Notes: generated from the letters alone by a model not told the origin. Positions 1-11,549 are shown, numbered from the stretch's first letter. The stretch is 64,000 bases of DNA from an uncultured Verrucomicrobiae bacterium (GCA_963815455.1 CAWFGO010000003.1:640001-704000); one strand, 5' to 3'. Numbers and translations are program-made.

Positions 1-2103
1 GCGTTCGGGCAGTGCCATCACTTCGTGTTTGGGACGATCCTCAGGCGGCGGCCCTCCGCCCGGTTCGCGGCCTTTGAACGGAATCAGTGAAAATGGTACA
101 CCGAAGATGTCCACGTATTCGGGCGAGAGCATGAGCTTCCCGTCCTTATCCGGCATCGGAACGTAGTCCATTCGGCGCAGGCCACGTCCCACTACCTGTT
201 CGCACAGCAGTTGGCTGTGAAACGCGCGCAACCCGAGGATGTGAGTCACGCTGTTCGCGTCCCAGCCTTCGCTCAGCATGTTGACGCTGACCACACAACG
301 TATTTGCTCGCCTGGTTCACCCGCGCGACCCACTGTGGAGACGATCTTCCTTAACTCTTCTGCCGCCTCCTTTCGTGTGGCCTTCGGGTCTTCGCTTTCC
401 GCCGCGGCGAGCAGGTTCGAGTCGATACGTAGGGTAACTTCTGCGCCCTTGCGGTTCCATAACTCTGGGAAGCCTGGCAAGCCCGCGCCATATTGCTTCT
501 GCGGCTTTGGCTTCTTCTTTCGCTTCTTGGGTGCCTCATCATCGTCATCCTCCTCGTCCGGCAAATCTGCCTCGATGACTTCCTCGCCGGAGATCACACG
601 ATGAAAATGTTCCGCGATGTCGGTGTTATCACAGACCACGATCATGACCGGTGGGGTTCGATCCTGTCCGGGTGTTGCTGCCTGCAACTGATCGAACCGT
701 TCCTTCCACTCGCCGGCTAGCGTTAACAGAGCATCTTCCGCTTTGCGGTAAACCACTGCGGGTTTGGGCTTCCCTCCCGTTAGTCTCTCGCCAGGTCTCA
801 GGTCGCGCGTGATATGTTCCCACAGTTTGAAATACTTTGGATCGGGCCGGCCTGTGTTATCGATCGCCGGCAGGCGCGGAATTTTAGTAATGCCACTCTC
901 AATGGCGTCGACGAGCGAGAAGTCGCTCACGATCCAAGGAAACGGAGAGCCTTCGGGATAACCGCTACCGTGGATATAGAACGGTGTTGCCGACATATCC
1001 ACGCAGAGCCCGATGCCGCACGCGGCGTTGATCTTATCCAGTCCGCTCACCCAGACCGTGGCCTCTTCGCGGTCGGCCTTTTCCTCGACGGTTAATCGCA
1101 CACCTTCGGGAACCGGTGCCGGCCGATAGGCATGATGGCCTTCGTCGTTTAACACCATCACCGGTTCTTCGTCCCACAAATCGCCGAGCCGGTTACGTGC
1201 GAAGGCTTCGGGACTTTCCTCGCCGAGCCTTACGATTGGGGCGCCGCCTACATTTTGCACTTCTGCTTCCGGCGACAACCAATGCCAGTTCGTCACCAGC
1301 ACCTTGCCCTTGGCCAACTCTGGTCGCAGCGAAGAAGGAACGATCTCGAACTGCTCATAATAGTTGTCCGGATCACCGGGCCGCAGAACGTTCAATCGTT
1401 CTTTGATCGTCAGATTCGGACAAACGACGAGCGCACGGCGTGGGATAGCGCGGGTCGCCAGGTTTAGTTCCACGATTGCAGAACGCCCAAGAGATGAGCA
1501 TCGCCATCACAACTGTCTTGCCGCTACCCGTCGCCATCTTGCAGGCATAGCGCGGAATGGGCTTGACGCCCGGCTTCGTTAGGGATGTCCGCGAGTTTCG
1601 GGTGCTGCGCCACCTTGGCTAGCCATTCCGTCGGGCGTGGATTCCGCCCCTGCATAAGGGTGTTGAAGTCTTCGAGCGTCAAGTTTGGGATTCCAACGCG
1701 GCTTTTTTCCCAGGGCTAGTATCTCGCGGAGGTAAATGATTGTTTCCGCTGCCTCGACCTGGCAGAAGAACAGCCGCCGCGTTCGATCTTCACGCCACCA
1801 ATGGCGAAGCAGTTTCTTCGTCGTCTCACTCGCATTTTCCCACCCGGACTCTCGCCAGCGACGCACATCGTCGCGCAGCGCGTTGACGAGAGGTAGGTCA
1901 TCGCGCTCCTCCTCGGCCAATAATGACATCTGCGCGCTGCCTGTGCGTTCGCTCTTGAACCAGTAGCTCGCCGGGCGTCGACCGGGATTCTTCGTTGGGA
2001 TACCCGTCCCTGTATCGTAAAGCCAATGTTGATCCGGCTCATTGTAGGGTGAACACAGGATCGGATTCTCAACCGGCTGAATGGGAATTTGGATGTCGGG
2101 CAT
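1..2103 (-). CDS. Type III restriction-like helicase/endonuclease (Res subunit, BPTD_3080-like); frameshifted, runs off the window start
   Basis: ORF 1579..2103 gives the N-terminus (ENPILCSPY..EP..HW, RLFFCQVEAAET). Manual translation of the minus strand gives Walker A KMATGSGKT (~1515-1545), DEGHHAYRP (~1120-1150) and LSEGWDA..LLCEQVVGRGLRR (~170-280) in other frames. Confidence 0.85.
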
Positions 2104-2115
2104 TCTAATTGCCCT

Positions 2116-5100
2116 CTACTTCAAGGTGAGCACTCGCATCCCTTCGTTACCGCGGGGATCGATGACCTTTACGGCAACACGCCACTGATCGTCTTTGCCC
2201 AGTCGCTCTGGGCGCGGGAAAGGCAGACTCGTTAGTCCACTCAGCGCTTCGAAGGCATCTTCTTCTATCACATCTGCGTCGCCGAGTGCCTTGGCTAGCT
2301 TCGACCATTTGCTTTTTGTCGGGGAAAAATGCCTGGCAGATGCAGAACGTCCGTCCGTCATAATCCGTGTCGAGGAACCACGCGGCAATGCGTTCCTTAT
2401 CCGTCGGGAAAAGCGTGTTGCTCACCGGGTCATAGACATCCATGCCTTCGACCTCGACGGTGAACTCCCCATCGGCCCGCTTCGTCGGACCTTTCACTCG
2501 AGGCGCGCTGAAGACGGTGAAAAGCTGGCTGCCGGGTTGCGTCTTGAGCAGGTCGCCCATCGCCACGTCCGGGCGGATGAGCGCCATGTGCAGCCGCAGC
2601 TTTGGATGGCTGCCGCTTTCGATGGCATCCTGCGCCGCCGCGTCGAAGCCGAAGCCAGCGAAGACCACGTCGTCGTAGCCTTTGCGGTTCGCGTCGCGGA
2701 TCACGTCCTCGACCTGCATTGACGACACGTTGCCGACTTCCGGGCCGACACTCACCGCCACGCGGCGCTCTTTCTTGTCGCCGTTCATCCACTCGCCTTC
2801 GGCGTGAATGAGTGATGCGCCCGTCAGCGGATCGAGCCGGCTGAACTTCATATTCTTGTTGTCAGGGAAATCAACGCCGCTCGCCTTGAGCAGGCGAATG
2901 ATCTTGTCGAGATGCGCCTCGGCGTTCTGCACTGCGGCGTCGCCGTCGAAAGTCTCCAGTTCCTCCGGCGCACCGCCGATCGGCGTATCGGGACCTGTCT
3001 TCCACGCGAAATAACGCCTTCCATCGAGAACGGGCCCGCTCACGCGCACCACGCCTTTCACCGACTCGGGCTTGTCCACCAGTTCCTCCATCTCGGCGTT
3101 AGCGGAGATGCAAGCGTTCACCTCGTCCATCTTTGCTCGCCACGCGGCGCGGTAGGCGATCAGCGCTTCTTGCAAAGGCTTCGGCCAGTCGGGATCGTGA
3201 TCAAAAGGCACCTCCCATTCCTTCCATCCGCCTTTGGGAATCGCGGCGCGATAAGCTTCCGCCTGCTTCGGCGTCACACCCTTGAACGGCTTCTTCGCGG
3301 GAAAGGAACGGATCAACACCGGCTGCGTGTCCGGTAGCAGCCAGCGGCGCGTATCGGCGTCCGTCACGGCGTTTGCGCCAGATTCGCGATGCTTGTGGAT
3401 GAGCTTCTCCACCAGCTTCTCCTTCAGCGGCCGTGCCGACCTTGGCCACTTCACGGTTCAGCTTCTCCAGCTTCTCCGCGAGGATCGGCTCATGTTTCGC
3501 GAAGATCGGATCGAGCGAGGTGTTGCGGGCAATGCTCTTGAGCGTGATGTGCGGCACCGTCTTGCACGCAAAGGTGGCCTTGCCGGGAACCTTGCCCGTC
3601 GGGTCGGTGAGCCAAGTCCCGTGTCGGATTGCGCGCCACGTCCTCCGCACTCAACGGGCGAAGCTGCTGGAAATCGAACTTCGCCGTCATCAGCCGGTGC
3701 TTGGCCAGCGCCAACGCCACGCGGCTGGAATCACAGGTGATCCAGCGCCGTCCCCACTGCTCGGCCACATACGCCGTCGTTCCGCTCCCGCACGTCGGGT
3801 CCAACACGAGGTCGCCGGGATCGGTGGTCATCAGGATGCAGCGGGCAATGACCTTCGGATTAGTCTGAACGACGTATAGCTTTGGCTCCGAAAAGCCGGT
3901 CATCAGCGTGTCTCGCCAAATGTTATTTACCTCGCGAACCGGCGAAGTCCTCGGAGAACCGCCGATACATTAGGTTTTCGCCAATCGGGAATCAAGCGAT
4001 CGGCAAGTTCAAGCCGATTGAATCCTCTCGACGTTTGTTTTCAATGAGCCTTTTCGCCGAGGAAACACGCGACCAAATGCTGGAACTTCACTGTGCTTCG
4101 TTTGGCCCCGCGGGCTGCGACGACGTACAGTTGTCCGCCGCGAAAATTGTCCGATCTTCTGGCAAGTCTTTGAAATCATCCTGTTCTTCAGTGCTTAACC
4201 GTCGCGTCTCACCGGTTGGCGTTTCCGCATAGACATATTGCGACGTTCCTTCCTCACCTAACTCCTTCATCAAGATAGACACGCTTAAACTTCAATTTGG
4301 CTGATGTCACTGCGCATACCAAAGGATGTAGTCGCTTATCGTCGCACGAGGTTCTCACCGGTCGCGCTGGTCGTCTTAACGAAGGTGATAACGCTGACGA
4401 AATTAGCGAACACCAAAAACCTCGTCCATCAAGCACCGCACGCGATGTAGATTTTCATCGCTGATTTGGACGAAGATGCTGCCCGAGTCGGCGAGAAGTT
4501 CCTTGGCCATTTGCAGGCGGTCGCGCAGGTAAGCGAGGTAGGAGTGGATGCCGAGCGTCCAGGTGTCGCGGTACGCTTTGACCATCTCCGGCTCGCGGGT
4601 GAGGTCTTGCTCTCGGTCCTTCACTTCGCGCTGGCCGAGCTGCGGCTGGAAGTTCGAGGCGAATTTGATGCCGTAGGGCGGGTCGAGGTAGATCATCTGC
4701 ACCTTGCCCGCGAGGTCTTCGCGCCGGGCGAGGCTGGCCATGACCTGGAGCGAGTCGCCGAGGATCATGCGGTTCGCCCAGTCCACGTCGTGCTGATAGA
4801 ACTGCACGGCCTTCGCATAATCGTGCTGCGGGTCGGCAAACAGATCGCGCTCGACATCTTCGCGCGCGAGCACGCGCAAGATGGCCTGTGTGGAGATGCG
4901 CTCATGCATGTGCAGTGCCACCGGCTCGACCTCAAACCACGGCTTCTCCCGCTTCCCGCTCCACTCCAACCACGGCTCGTGCCGTCGCAGCGCATCGGCG
5001 AGCGTGCGCGCTTCGTCGTCCGTCAGCGCCCGCTTGCGCGCAAGCGCCAGTAACTCGGGCAGTTTGTCTGCCTCGGTCGCTTCCGTGGCCGAGCGGAGAT

Positions 5101-5271
5101 CGGAGGCAGGTGCGGATTGTATTCGTAGCGAATCTTCGCCGCTTCCTGAATTCGTCCCTGCGCCTCTAATCCAGCGGGCGGAATGTTTTTCCGCGTGGCT
5201 GGGTATTTGATGGAGGAAACCGAGTCCGCAATATTTTCGTGTTGGGTATCCGTTTTTTTCCTACGTGGCAT
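2116..5271 (-). CDS. Large adenine-specific DNA methyltransferase (type III Mod-like); multiple frameshifts
   Basis: Fragments in ORFs 5023..5271, 4403..4969 ([10 protein letters not shown], motif IV), 3490..3903 ([10 protein letters not shown], motif I), 2147..3454 and 2116..2388 ([13 protein letters not shown]-terminus). Directly upstream of the Res gene on the same strand. Confidence 0.88.
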
Positions 5272-5463
5272 GGACTGTCCTCCTCTGCGTCATTGAGGCG
5301 GAACCCTAGCTGAAACGTCTGACAACTGAAAACACTAATCGCGATCGCGGCGGCGGCCGCCCTCGAAAGGAAAAACGCGCGTTGCTTTGCAGCAACGCGC
5401 GTTTCCTGGCTGCTCTGGGGGAGAGAGCGTTAGTGGGTTGGGGGTGTCGGCGGCGGGACGTTC

Positions 5464-5493
5464 CCGCCTTCGCCGAGGCTACGGCGCGGCAGG
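5464..5493. repeat. Short dispersed repeat (CCGCCTTCGCCGAGGCTACGGCG family)
   Basis: Near-identical or reverse-complement copies at ~11035-11065, ~28006-28035, ~48781-48807; degenerate copy at ~42095-42118. Confidence 0.7.
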
Positions 5494-5953
5494 CGATTTC
5501 TCGGTGAAGCCGCTCTGCCGCTGGGATTTGCGAACATATCCCATGGCACCGTAAAGGTTCGAGTTTGGCCCGGTATTGCCCTCCTACCCCTGAAATCGTC
5601 CTGCGGAATTTGATGGAGTTTAGCCAGTTTATAAAGATTTTGTAAATCGCCAGGCAAGGAACGGAACGATCAACAATGACTAAAAAATTGCCGAATGTTG
5701 TTACGCAGTGATCCGTGATCAGTAACGATCCTTTTCGGATTTCGTCATTCGTCATTCTGCCGCAGGCAGCTATCCCTCCCTCACCGCCATTCCATTTTCG
5801 ATTTTAGAATTTCGATTTTCGATTGCTTGTGTACTCCGCGTTTCGTCATTCGTCATTCATCTGCCACGCCGAAGCCGGCTCTTGGCCGTGGCGGCCGTTC
5901 CGGGGCCCAGTTCGTCTGGTAAAAAGTATTGACAATTAAGCCATACTTCGCGA

Positions 5954-6241
5954 ATGTCATTGCGCGTGAGATTCGAATGGGACAAGGAAAAAGAAACGCT
6001 CAACATTGCCAAACACGGCGTCGATTTCAGCGAAGCGAAGAGCGCATTTGCCGATCCGCTGCTCGTGCTGGCGGTGGATAAAGGGCACAGCCAAAAGGAG
6101 CCGCGCCTTTTCGGCATTGGCCGGAGCGGACGCGGCGGCATTCTCACTGTTCGATTCACCTATCGGAGCGAGACGATTCGCATTATCGGGGCAGGCTATT
6201 GGCGGAAAGGCAAAAAAATCTATGAAGAAAAAAACGGTTAG
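5954..6241 (+). CDS. BrnT-family toxin (start may be GTG at 5966)
   Basis: RFEWDKEKETLNIAKHGVDFSEA...EPR...IRIIGA signature; overlaps the downstream antitoxin. Confidence 0.85.
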   Translation: MSLRVRFEWDKEKETLNIAKHGVDFSEAKSAFADPLLVLAVDKGHSQKEPRLFGIGRSGRGGILTVRFTYRSETIRIIGAGYWRKGKKIYEEKNG

Positions 6242-6473
6242 ATATACAGATGACAAAGGCGAGATCATTGGGGAATTGCGCGCCATCCGAAAAGGCGAGC
6301 TCCCTTCGCTCGATCAGCTCGTGGGCAAACTGCACCAAAAGCAGAAGGTAACTCTGGCTCTCGATGGCGAAGCCATCTCGTTTTTTAAGCGCGAGGCGAC
6401 CAAAAGGCACACCAGTTACCAGCGGATGATTCGCAACCTGGTCCTCGCCTACGCCCGACAGCACGCCAGATAG
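6222..6473 (+). CDS. BrnA/CopG-like antitoxin
   Basis: MKKKTVRY...KVTLALDGEAISFFKREA...YQRMIRNLVLAY (ribbon-helix-helix C-terminus); paired with BrnT. Confidence 0.8.
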   Translation: MKKKTVRYTDDKGEIIGELRAIRKGELPSLDQLVGKLHQKQKVTLALDGEAISFFKREATKRHTSYQRMIRNLVLAYARQHAR

Positions 6474-6544
6474 ATTATCCTCTGTCCTCCGATCCGCCGG
6501 CCGTCTTTCTCACGCTGGAAGACTCGGCTGCCCTACTGCAATGA

Positions 6545-8339
6545 TTACTGATTGGAAATGGTCGCGGTCGTGCCGTCGATCTTGGTCAGGCTGACGGTGA
6601 ATTTCTCGGCGTAGCACTGGGCCCGATCCTGGAGCATGCCGATGGCCACCGCCTCGCCCAGTTGGACGGACGAGGAGGTATCGCTGCGCCAATGGATACC
6701 GGAGTGAATCCCATGGGCGAAGGAGATGTTGTTCGCCAGCTTGTTCAACTCGCCGTTGACCGTGAGATCGCCCGCATCTGAGCCTGTGTAGGGTAACAAT
6801 GAAAGCCCATCACTGGCTGGCACTACCGGATTCGGGATGACGAAATTACCGTCGAAGAAAAATTTCAGGACGGTGATGCAAGCACCAGCGACGGCGCCAT
6901 GGCCGGTGGGATACGACGGGTGAGTAGGCGAGCCTTCGGGGAAAGCCTGCGAGAGGAAGTAGTCCCCATATTTGTTGAAGCTGCTTTGCACCGCCTGGGA
7001 GTTGAGCACGTTGTCGTTCACGTGGCCCTGGAGCGTCTTGCCCTGGCCAGTGAGCATTTGTCGCACGATGGCGCCGCCCGACTCGGGGCGGTGCCGCAGG
7101 TGAACGGCCCATTTTTGATACCAGACGCTGTTCAACGCGAGACGAGCGACGGCCGTGAGTGAGCGCCGCGACATCGGGACCCCCAAAGGTGCCGAAGCCG
7201 TTTTGCTTGGTGGAGCCGACGTAGGGATTGCCTGGATTGGCCGGTGCGCCGATGGTGTTGAGCACGAGGAAAGCGACAAAGTATGCCTGGAAGAGCACGT
7301 CGACGTGGGTGTATGCGCCAAGATCGCGGCCATTACGGAGATGGCGTAACTGGGGGTCGTATTGGTTTTGGAACCCGGTGTCGATGCCGTTCTGGACTTG
7401 TTGAAACGTTGTCGGATCCGTCATGTAGTCGACGTCCGCCACGAAGGTGGCCATTCGCTGGGGTAACGGCTGCGCACCAAAGTAGGTGGGACGCAGAGTC
7501 AATTGAGACATATAGGGTCCAACGGTGTCGCCCGGGTAGGACCCGCGGAATAACAAGTCCGGGGTCACGTTACCAAACCCAGTCCTCGGCCCGGCGTAGT
7601 CGAGCATGTGGGTCAGCTCGTCCGCAGCCTGCGCGGCGATGGGATTTGCAGCGTAGTCGGTAAACGCGACATCCCGGAGCAGCGAAGCCCAGTAAAGTTC
7701 GACCAGTTCCGTCCCGTAGGCCGCGCTGGCCAGGGCCGGCGCGGGTGGAACCACCACCTGGCTAATTTGGTTGGCCGGCGACGGCGCGCTGCCAAGCTGC
7801 ACACAATCGCACCCTTCAAGATGGAAAGCTTCTCCCCCGAGCGGACCGTTCTGGGTGCGGGGCCCGCCCGTAATCACGTTTTCAAAGGCGGCGAAAGTGC
7901 CAGTATCAATCGCGTTCCGGAAGGTCAGGAAGGCGGCCGGATTAACCAGGCCGATCCCATCCTGCAGGATGCCCTTCGAGTAGGTGCCCGATTTGTCCGC
8001 ATAGAGCGCTTCGTCGCCATTGGTCGTGTGCGGCGGCACGGGAATCTCCGATTCTTTGATCGCCGCCTTGACGCGACGGGCATAGAATTGTCCAACCCGC
8101 GTATCGGACCCTATGGCTGGCGGAGGGATTTCCTTCACCACCGCGAATTTGGAATCCTGAGCGGAGGCAATGGCGGCTTTGCCCAGGACGGCCCCGCCGG
8201 CGAGAGCGGCGCCGATCTGCCCCAGAAATTTTCGGCGGGTTGCTCCCATTGATCCCCGATCGCCAGATTTGTTTACCGGGCTCGAATGACCGTTGGCCGG
8301 ATGATTTCCTGACTCTGTGCGCTGCGGGGTGTTATTCAC
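6545..8339 (-). CDS. Tat-exported vanadium-dependent haloperoxidase-like protein; frameshift ~7160
   Basis: Twin-arginine TRRKFLG signal; ELVELYWASLLRDV; C-terminal WYQKW..H..RPE, HPSYPTGH, GELNKLA and GIHWRSD motifs split over ORFs 6846..8339 and 6545..7333. Confidence 0.85.
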
Positions 8340-8493
8340 GCAGCCGAGTTAATTACAGATGGGCCGCCCTGGGCAAGAATAATTATGCTAATCCAGCAAG
8401 ATTTCTCGAACCTGTCGCCCCAAGACGGGGCGCAGGAGCTATGCTCGCCCAATCGGTGGCGAGCGGACTGGAACTCCCGTTAGCTAGGCCAGC

Positions 8494-8712
8494 CTAATGG
8501 TAAGGGAAGGTAGGATTATTATCCCGGACGAGCAGGTCACGTTGCGCGTTCCAAAGGTTCCGCTCCCCTTGGTCCATCTGCTCGCTCTCCTGCTGCTGGA
8601 TCGCGGCGAGACGTTTTCTTTCCTGGTTGCCCTGCCCCGCCGTTTTGGTGCTCTCACAGCTGACACAGAAACCGACGCAAACGATCAGGCTAATGAGTTG
8701 AAGGTGTTTCAT
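8494..8712 (-). CDS. Small putative lipoprotein
   Basis: MKHLQLISLIVCVGFCVSC lipobox-like signal followed by a short hydrophilic helix (3' part of ORF 8494..9255). Confidence 0.6.
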   Translation of the reverse strand: MKHLQLISLIVCVGFCVSCESTKTAGQGNQERKRLAAIQQQESEQMDQGERNLWNAQRDLLVRDNNPTFPYH

Positions 8713-8798
8713 GTCCTTTAAGTAAATGTTGTAACACCGGTTGTAGCAAGCGCCGAGCCACGAACTTTTCCCCGCCGCCGGTACCCTACAATCCTCAT

Positions 8799-8840
8799 CA
8801 TTGAACATTGAATGTTGGGCGTTGAACGTTGAACGTTGAT
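8799..8840. repeat. Imperfect 7-bp tandem repeat (CATTGAA/CGTTGAA)
   Basis: cattgaa-cattgaa-tgttggg-cgttgaa-cgttgaa-cgttgat immediately upstream of the ALDH start. Confidence 0.7.
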
Positions 8841-10303
8841 TGCCCATGCAGGCCGAAAAATTCCAGATTCGAAACTTTATTAACGGCGAGTTTGTCGAAC
8901 CGCTCGGGGGCAAGTATCTCGACAATATCGAGCCGGCGACGGGGAAGCCGTACTCGCAGGTGGCGGATAGCGACGGGCGCGATGTCGATCTTGCCGTGGC
9001 CGCCGCGGAAAAGGCATTTCCAGAATGGTCCAGGAAATCCGCCGCGGAACGTTCAAGGATCCTGCTGCGCATCGCCGACCTTATTGACCGAGATCTGGAG
9101 AAGCTGGCACGGGCCGAGTCGATCGACACCGGCAAGCCGCTTGCCCTCGCCCGGTCGCTCGATATTCCGCGTGCCGCCAGCAACCTTCGGTTTTTTGCCA
9201 CTGCGATCCTCCACACCGAGAACGAAGCGCACGTCACTGACAACGTGGCGTTCAACTACACGTTGCGCCAGCCGCGCGGCATCGCCGGTCTGATCTCGCC
9301 CTGGAATTTGCCTCTCTATCTGTTGACCTGGAAAATCGCGCCCGCCATCGCTACGGGCAACACTGCCATCGCTAAACCGAGCGAGCTGACCCCGATGACG
9401 GCCTATATGTTCTGCGAGCTCGCACGTGAAGCCGGTGTTCCTGGTGGCGTAATCAACGTCGTGCATGGCACCGGGCCGAACGTGGGTGCGCCAATCACGG
9501 CACATCCAAAGATCACTACGATCTCGTTTACCGGCGGCACCGTCACGGGGAAGAAAGTTGCCGAGACATGCGCACCGCTATTTAAGAAAGTATCACTCGA
9601 GCTGGGCGGAAAAAATCCGAACATCATTTTCGCCGATGCCGATCTCGATGCTGCGATCGCCGGCAGCGTCCGTTCGTCATTTGCCAATCAGGGCCAGGTC
9701 TGCCTGTGCGGTTCGCGCGTTTTCGTCGAGAGGCCCGCTTACAAGGATTTCGTCGATCGCTTCATCGACAAAGCGTCGCAATTGAAACAGGGCGACCCGT
9801 TAGACGAGAAAACCGAGCAAGGCGCGGTCGTGAGCCAGACCCAGCTCGAAAAGGTAAAGTTCTATGTCGATCTTGCCCAAAAAGAAGGCGGGAAGATCGC
9901 GCTCGGCGGCAAAGCGCCGGAATCGATCAATGATCGTTGCCGCGAAGGCTATTTCTTTCCGCCGACGGTGATTGTCGATCTTCCGGTTGCGTGTCGGACA
10001 AACCGCGAAGAGATCTTCGGTCCGGTCGTCACCATCACACCGTTCGACAACGAAGAAGAAGTGATCGGTTATGCCAACGACGTCGACTACGGCCTGTCGT
10101 CGAGCGTCTGGACCCAAAACCTGAGCCGGGCTCATCGGGTCGCGGAACAAATCAACGCCGGAACGGTCTGGGTAAACTGCTGGCTCGTGCGCGACCTGCG
10201 CGTCCCCTTCGGCGGCATGAAACAAAGCGGCCTCGGCCGCGAAGGCGGCGAAGAAACGCTCCGTTTTTTCACCGAACCTAAAAACGTTTGCATCGCGAAA
10301 TGA
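8840..10303 (+). CDS. Aldehyde dehydrogenase (2-aminomuconate/2-hydroxymuconate semialdehyde dehydrogenase-like)
   Basis: ISPWNLP, KPSE, FTGGT, LELGGKN (catalytic Glu), NQGQVCLCGSR (catalytic Cys), EEIFGPV, RDLRVPFGG. Confidence 0.92.
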   Translation: MPMQAEKFQIRNFINGEFVEPLGGKYLDNIEPATGKPYSQVADSDGRDVDLAVAAAEKAFPEWSRKSAAERSRILLRIADLIDRDLEKLARAESIDTGKPLALARSLDIPRAASNLRFFATAILHTENEAHVTDNVAFNYTLRQPRGIAGLISPWNLPLYLLTWKIAPAIATGNTAIAKPSELTPMTAYMFCELAREAGVPGGVINVVHGTGPNVGAPITAHPKITTISFTGGTVTGKKVAETCAPLFKKVSLELGGKNPNIIFADADLDAAIAGSVRSSFANQGQVCLCGSRVFVERPAYKDFVDRFIDKASQLKQGDPLDEKTEQGAVVSQTQLEKVKFYVDLAQKEGGKIALGGKAPESINDRCREGYFFPPTVIVDLPVACRTNREEIFGPVVTITPFDNEEEVIGYANDVDYGLSSSVWTQNLSRAHRVAEQINAGTVWVNCWLVRDLRVPFGGMKQSGLGREGGEETLRFFTEPKNVCIAK

Positions 10304-10343
10304 ACTCGTGATCGGGATCGTGCTCGTCTCATAATCTGAGGCT

Positions 10344-10595
10344 GTGAAATACGAACTGAGTTACCATGCACTCGTTCGGCTTCAGGAACGCAAGATCGAG
10401 TTTACCTGGCTGGAGCAGACGATCACGCAGCCGAAAAAGACAGAACCGGACCCCGATCATCCGGCGCTTGAACATCGGCTGGCAGCCATAGCCGAACGAG
10501 ACTATCGTGTGCTCCGAGTCGTGTGCGATCCGCGGACAACTCCGCTAAAGATCGTGACTGCTCACTTTGATAGAAGCATGAAGGGAAAACTATGA
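10344..10595 (+). CDS. DUF4258-like putative RelE-type toxin
   Basis: LSYHALVRLQERKI...RVLRVVC...IVTAHFDR; coupled to the DUF2283-like gene. Confidence 0.75.
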   Translation: MKYELSYHALVRLQERKIEFTWLEQTITQPKKTEPDPDHPALEHRLAAIAERDYRVLRVVCDPRTTPLKIVTAHFDRSMKGKL

Positions 10596-10861
10596 AGCTG
10601 ACTGTCGATCCTGAAGCCGACGCGCTCTATTTGCGGTTGAATGACGCACAGATTGTCGATTCCGAGCAAGTGGCCGCCGGCGTGATTTTGGATTACGACG
10701 CGAAGGACAACGTGGTCGGCGTGGAAATGCTGCATCTTTCAAAACGAGCCCGGAAAGCCGACTTGGAACGCCTGCTTTTCGAAACTTTGGGAACTTCAGC
10801 GCCGCAAGAATTTCTGGTCCGGGAAACGTCTTCCAGCTACGGAAAAGGAAAAAATCCTTGA
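10592..10861 (+). CDS. DUF2283-like putative antitoxin
   Basis: MKLTVDPEADALYLRL...GVILDYDAKDNVVGVEML signature. Confidence 0.8.
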   Translation: MKLTVDPEADALYLRLNDAQIVDSEQVAAGVILDYDAKDNVVGVEMLHLSKRARKADLERLLFETLGTSAPQEFLVRETSSSYGKGKNP

Positions 10862-10896
10862 TCCAAAGTAATCTCGGCTGCCGAAGGCTAATCATC

Positions 10897-11010
10897 CGCG
10901 ATCTGCGCGTCCCCTTCGGCGGGATGAAAGTCAGCGGCGTCGGCCGCGAAGGCGGCACCGAGGCGCTCAATTTCTTCACAGAGGCAGAGAATGTCTGAAT
11001 CGCTAAATAA
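10897..11010 (+). pseudogene. Diverged duplicate of the ALDH 3' end (last 38 codons)
   Basis: Translates RDLRVPFGGMKVSGVGREGGTEALNFFTEAENV*IAK*, colinear with 10190..10303 (RDLRVPFGGMKQSGLGREGGEETLRFFTEPKNVCIAK*). Confidence 0.9.
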
Positions 11011-11065
11011 TCTCGCAGACCAGAAGCGCGAAGCTTGTCGCGCCGTAGCCTTGGCGAAGGCAGGC

Positions 11066-11104
11066 TTCTTCACCGAACCGAAGAACGTCTGCATCGCAAA
11101 GTGA
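11066..11104 (+). pseudogene. Second duplicate of the ALDH 3' end (last 13 codons)
   Basis: Translates FFTEPKNVCIAK*, identical in protein to the ALDH C-terminus but with synonymous codon differences. Confidence 0.88.
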
Positions 11105-11249
11105 TTTCCAATCAATGGAATCTTATCCGCGGATTACGCAAATTTCCGCGGATTAAGAGATGGATTATTTCGAGCGCTAATCAGCGTAAACAGCGAAATA
11201 GAAACTAAATCCGTCTTGATCCGCGCTATCAGCGGTGCACGGTTGATCC

Positions 11250-11549
11250 ATGTGTCGCAATATCAGAACCCTGCATAATTTTGAGCCGCCGGCGACGGAG
11301 GATGAGATTCGGGCGTCGTCGCTGCAGTTTGTTCGCAAGCTGAGCGGTTTTACGAAACCATCGAAAGCGAACGAGGACGCGTTCAATCGGGCGGTGGACG
11401 AAGTCGCGCACGCGGCGCATCACCTGCTCGATTCGCTCGTGACAAACTCACCGCCGCGCGATCGCGAAACGGAAGCATTGAAGGCGCGGGCACGATCGGC
11501 AAAACGCTTCGGCGCTTCGAACGGACGGGTCGCGCATCACCTTCATTGA
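11250..11549 (+). CDS. DUF2277 family protein
   Basis: MCRNIRTLHNFEPPATEDEIRASSLQFVRKLSG signature. Confidence 0.85.
   Translation: MCRNIRTLHNFEPPATEDEIRASSLQFVRKLSGFTKPSKANEDAFNRAVDEVAHAAHHLLDSLVTNSPPRDRETEALKARARSAKRFGASNGRVAHHLH

Noticed and set aside
5280..5950. Protein-coding gene or structured ncRNA in the mod-brnT spacer
   Set aside because: ORFs are low-complexity and cross repeat remnants; no recognisable RNA family.
5929..5960. Sigma70 promoter for brnT
   Set aside because: Perfect TTGACA, but no acceptable -10 at 16-18 bp spacing.
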